Below the pieces are notes generated by a model. That model did no database searches. It was not told where the DNA came from and was given only the letters and a program-made list of their open reading frames with translations. Shown in pieces: positions 33,826 to 34,972 of a DNA stretch of 34,972 nt (positions within the stretch are counted from its first letter, which is position 1; every line of letters starts with the position of its first letter). The stretch is from Vicugna vicugna (Eukaryota): assembly GCA_013265495.1 (NCBI GenBank), contig MU057395.1, positions 1 to 34,972 on the forward strand, in the 5' to 3' direction. Both the position numbers and the translations under genes were made by a program.

Positions 33826-34972
33826 GGGAGCCACTGTCAGCCCAGCGTGCCTGAATCAGACACTGCATGCCCCGTGTCTTGTGTGATTGGTAGGTGAGCG
33901 CATTTGTTCTTGGAAGGATGAAACTTGAGAGTCATGGGCACATCAGGGAGGATCTGACTGTGTTCTAAAGTGAGGGTGGAAGAGGATCCGTAAGACAGTG
34001 TTCAGAAAATTTTAGTGAAAGTTGAAACTAAAAGAAACCACAGCATGTTGCTTTTTTCTCTGATTATGTAAGTAGTCCACGGCCCTGGAAAACACTGCAA
34101 GTAACATCACCATACGTGAAGCAGTCAGTGAGCGTCCCAGCTCTTCACATCCGTCATCTCTCTCCCTAGGGAGGTCAGATACCATTTTCAGCACTTTAAT
34201 GTGTGCTTGTATAAGCCTAAACCCTTGGGAAGCTGGGAAGTTCTACATGGAACTGTTCTTACTGTTGTTCTTAAAACGTCGAATTAAAAGAAAAAACTTT
34301 CTCAGTGCTTGTTCCTGCCTATCCTGTAGTCCTTCTACCCCAGGTTACTTGGAGGCAGATAAACATTGTATCATTTCAAATATTTATTTCAGTATCTTGA
34401 GCAATGCTGTAATCTAATTCTATTCCTATTTTATTTACTAGCTTGACTATTTCCATAGAGAGAGCCTTTCCCTCACCCGATTGTGGGGTACCCTCACGTT
34501 TGAATTGTACAGGAAGGAGGGAGGAAGTGTGAAACCACGCGGCTCCCAAGCAGCCACCAGGCGGGCCCGGCAGGGTCTTGTTTCTGCGTCTTCAAGCACT
34601 CGTGCGCTTGAACACATTTGAGGCGGGGTACGCAGCACAGCTTGTCCTTCGTGATGCCCACAGTGTTCCAGCTTTGACTGCGGGAAGCTTGTTTGGGTTG
34701 GTGCCGTGTCCTTTGACACAGCTTAGTGGACTTTGATATATTCTGGGGAAGACTCAACCTGCCTGGTTCCTGCACCAAACCTGGACTCAGCTCTTCCTAC
34801 CAGGAGACTTGATGTGGTTTGTGGACCCCCTCGCTCTCGAGTTCTGAGGTTCTTGCTACAGATGCAGGTCTCTGGGTGGGTGCTTGTCTGATTTGCAGGT
34901 GCAGCAGCTGTTTGACACTGATTCTGCCCCCAGACTCTCCTGTCCCATTATTTAGTTTAGAAAGTGCTGTAA

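Noticed and set aside
32273..34972. Next CLCN3 exon (INSKKKESAW...)
   Set aside because: Not found by eye; probably beyond the window, so its absence here is uninformative.
1..34972. CRISPR arrays, prokaryotic operons, rRNA
   Set aside because: Mammalian repeat content throughout; no repeat-spacer structure or rRNA similarity seen.

Overview
Mammalian genomic DNA, most likely camelid (three Vic-1-type tRNA-derived SINEs), from a draft assembly with three N-gaps. The window has three parts. (1) 1-10.5 kb is an AT-rich olfactory-receptor region with two minus-strand OR6C-family pseudogenes and old L1/MaLR debris. (2) 10.5-16.2 kb is a rearranged block of L1 ORF2/3'UTR pieces in both orientations, interleaved with a GC-rich ~150-170 bp repeat that switches strand. 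(3) 16.2-35 kb is a + strand, intron-containing CLCN3 (ClC-3 2Cl-/H+ exchanger)-like gene fragment: a CpG-island promoter with the ClC-3c-type first exon (20738-20849), then an 11.3 kb intron and the GTHYT..LLDLLDE exon (32112-32268). This copy is unusually diverged for CLCN3. Both recalled start codons are gone, several conserved residues are changed, and the second exon appears one base short. It also sits beside an OR6C cluster, which is not its neighbourhood in human. The best reading is a partial segmental duplicate or paralog (perhaps a pseudogene) joined to the OR cluster through the L1/GC-repeat block; misassembly is not excluded. Reference sequences were recalled from memory, not searched.
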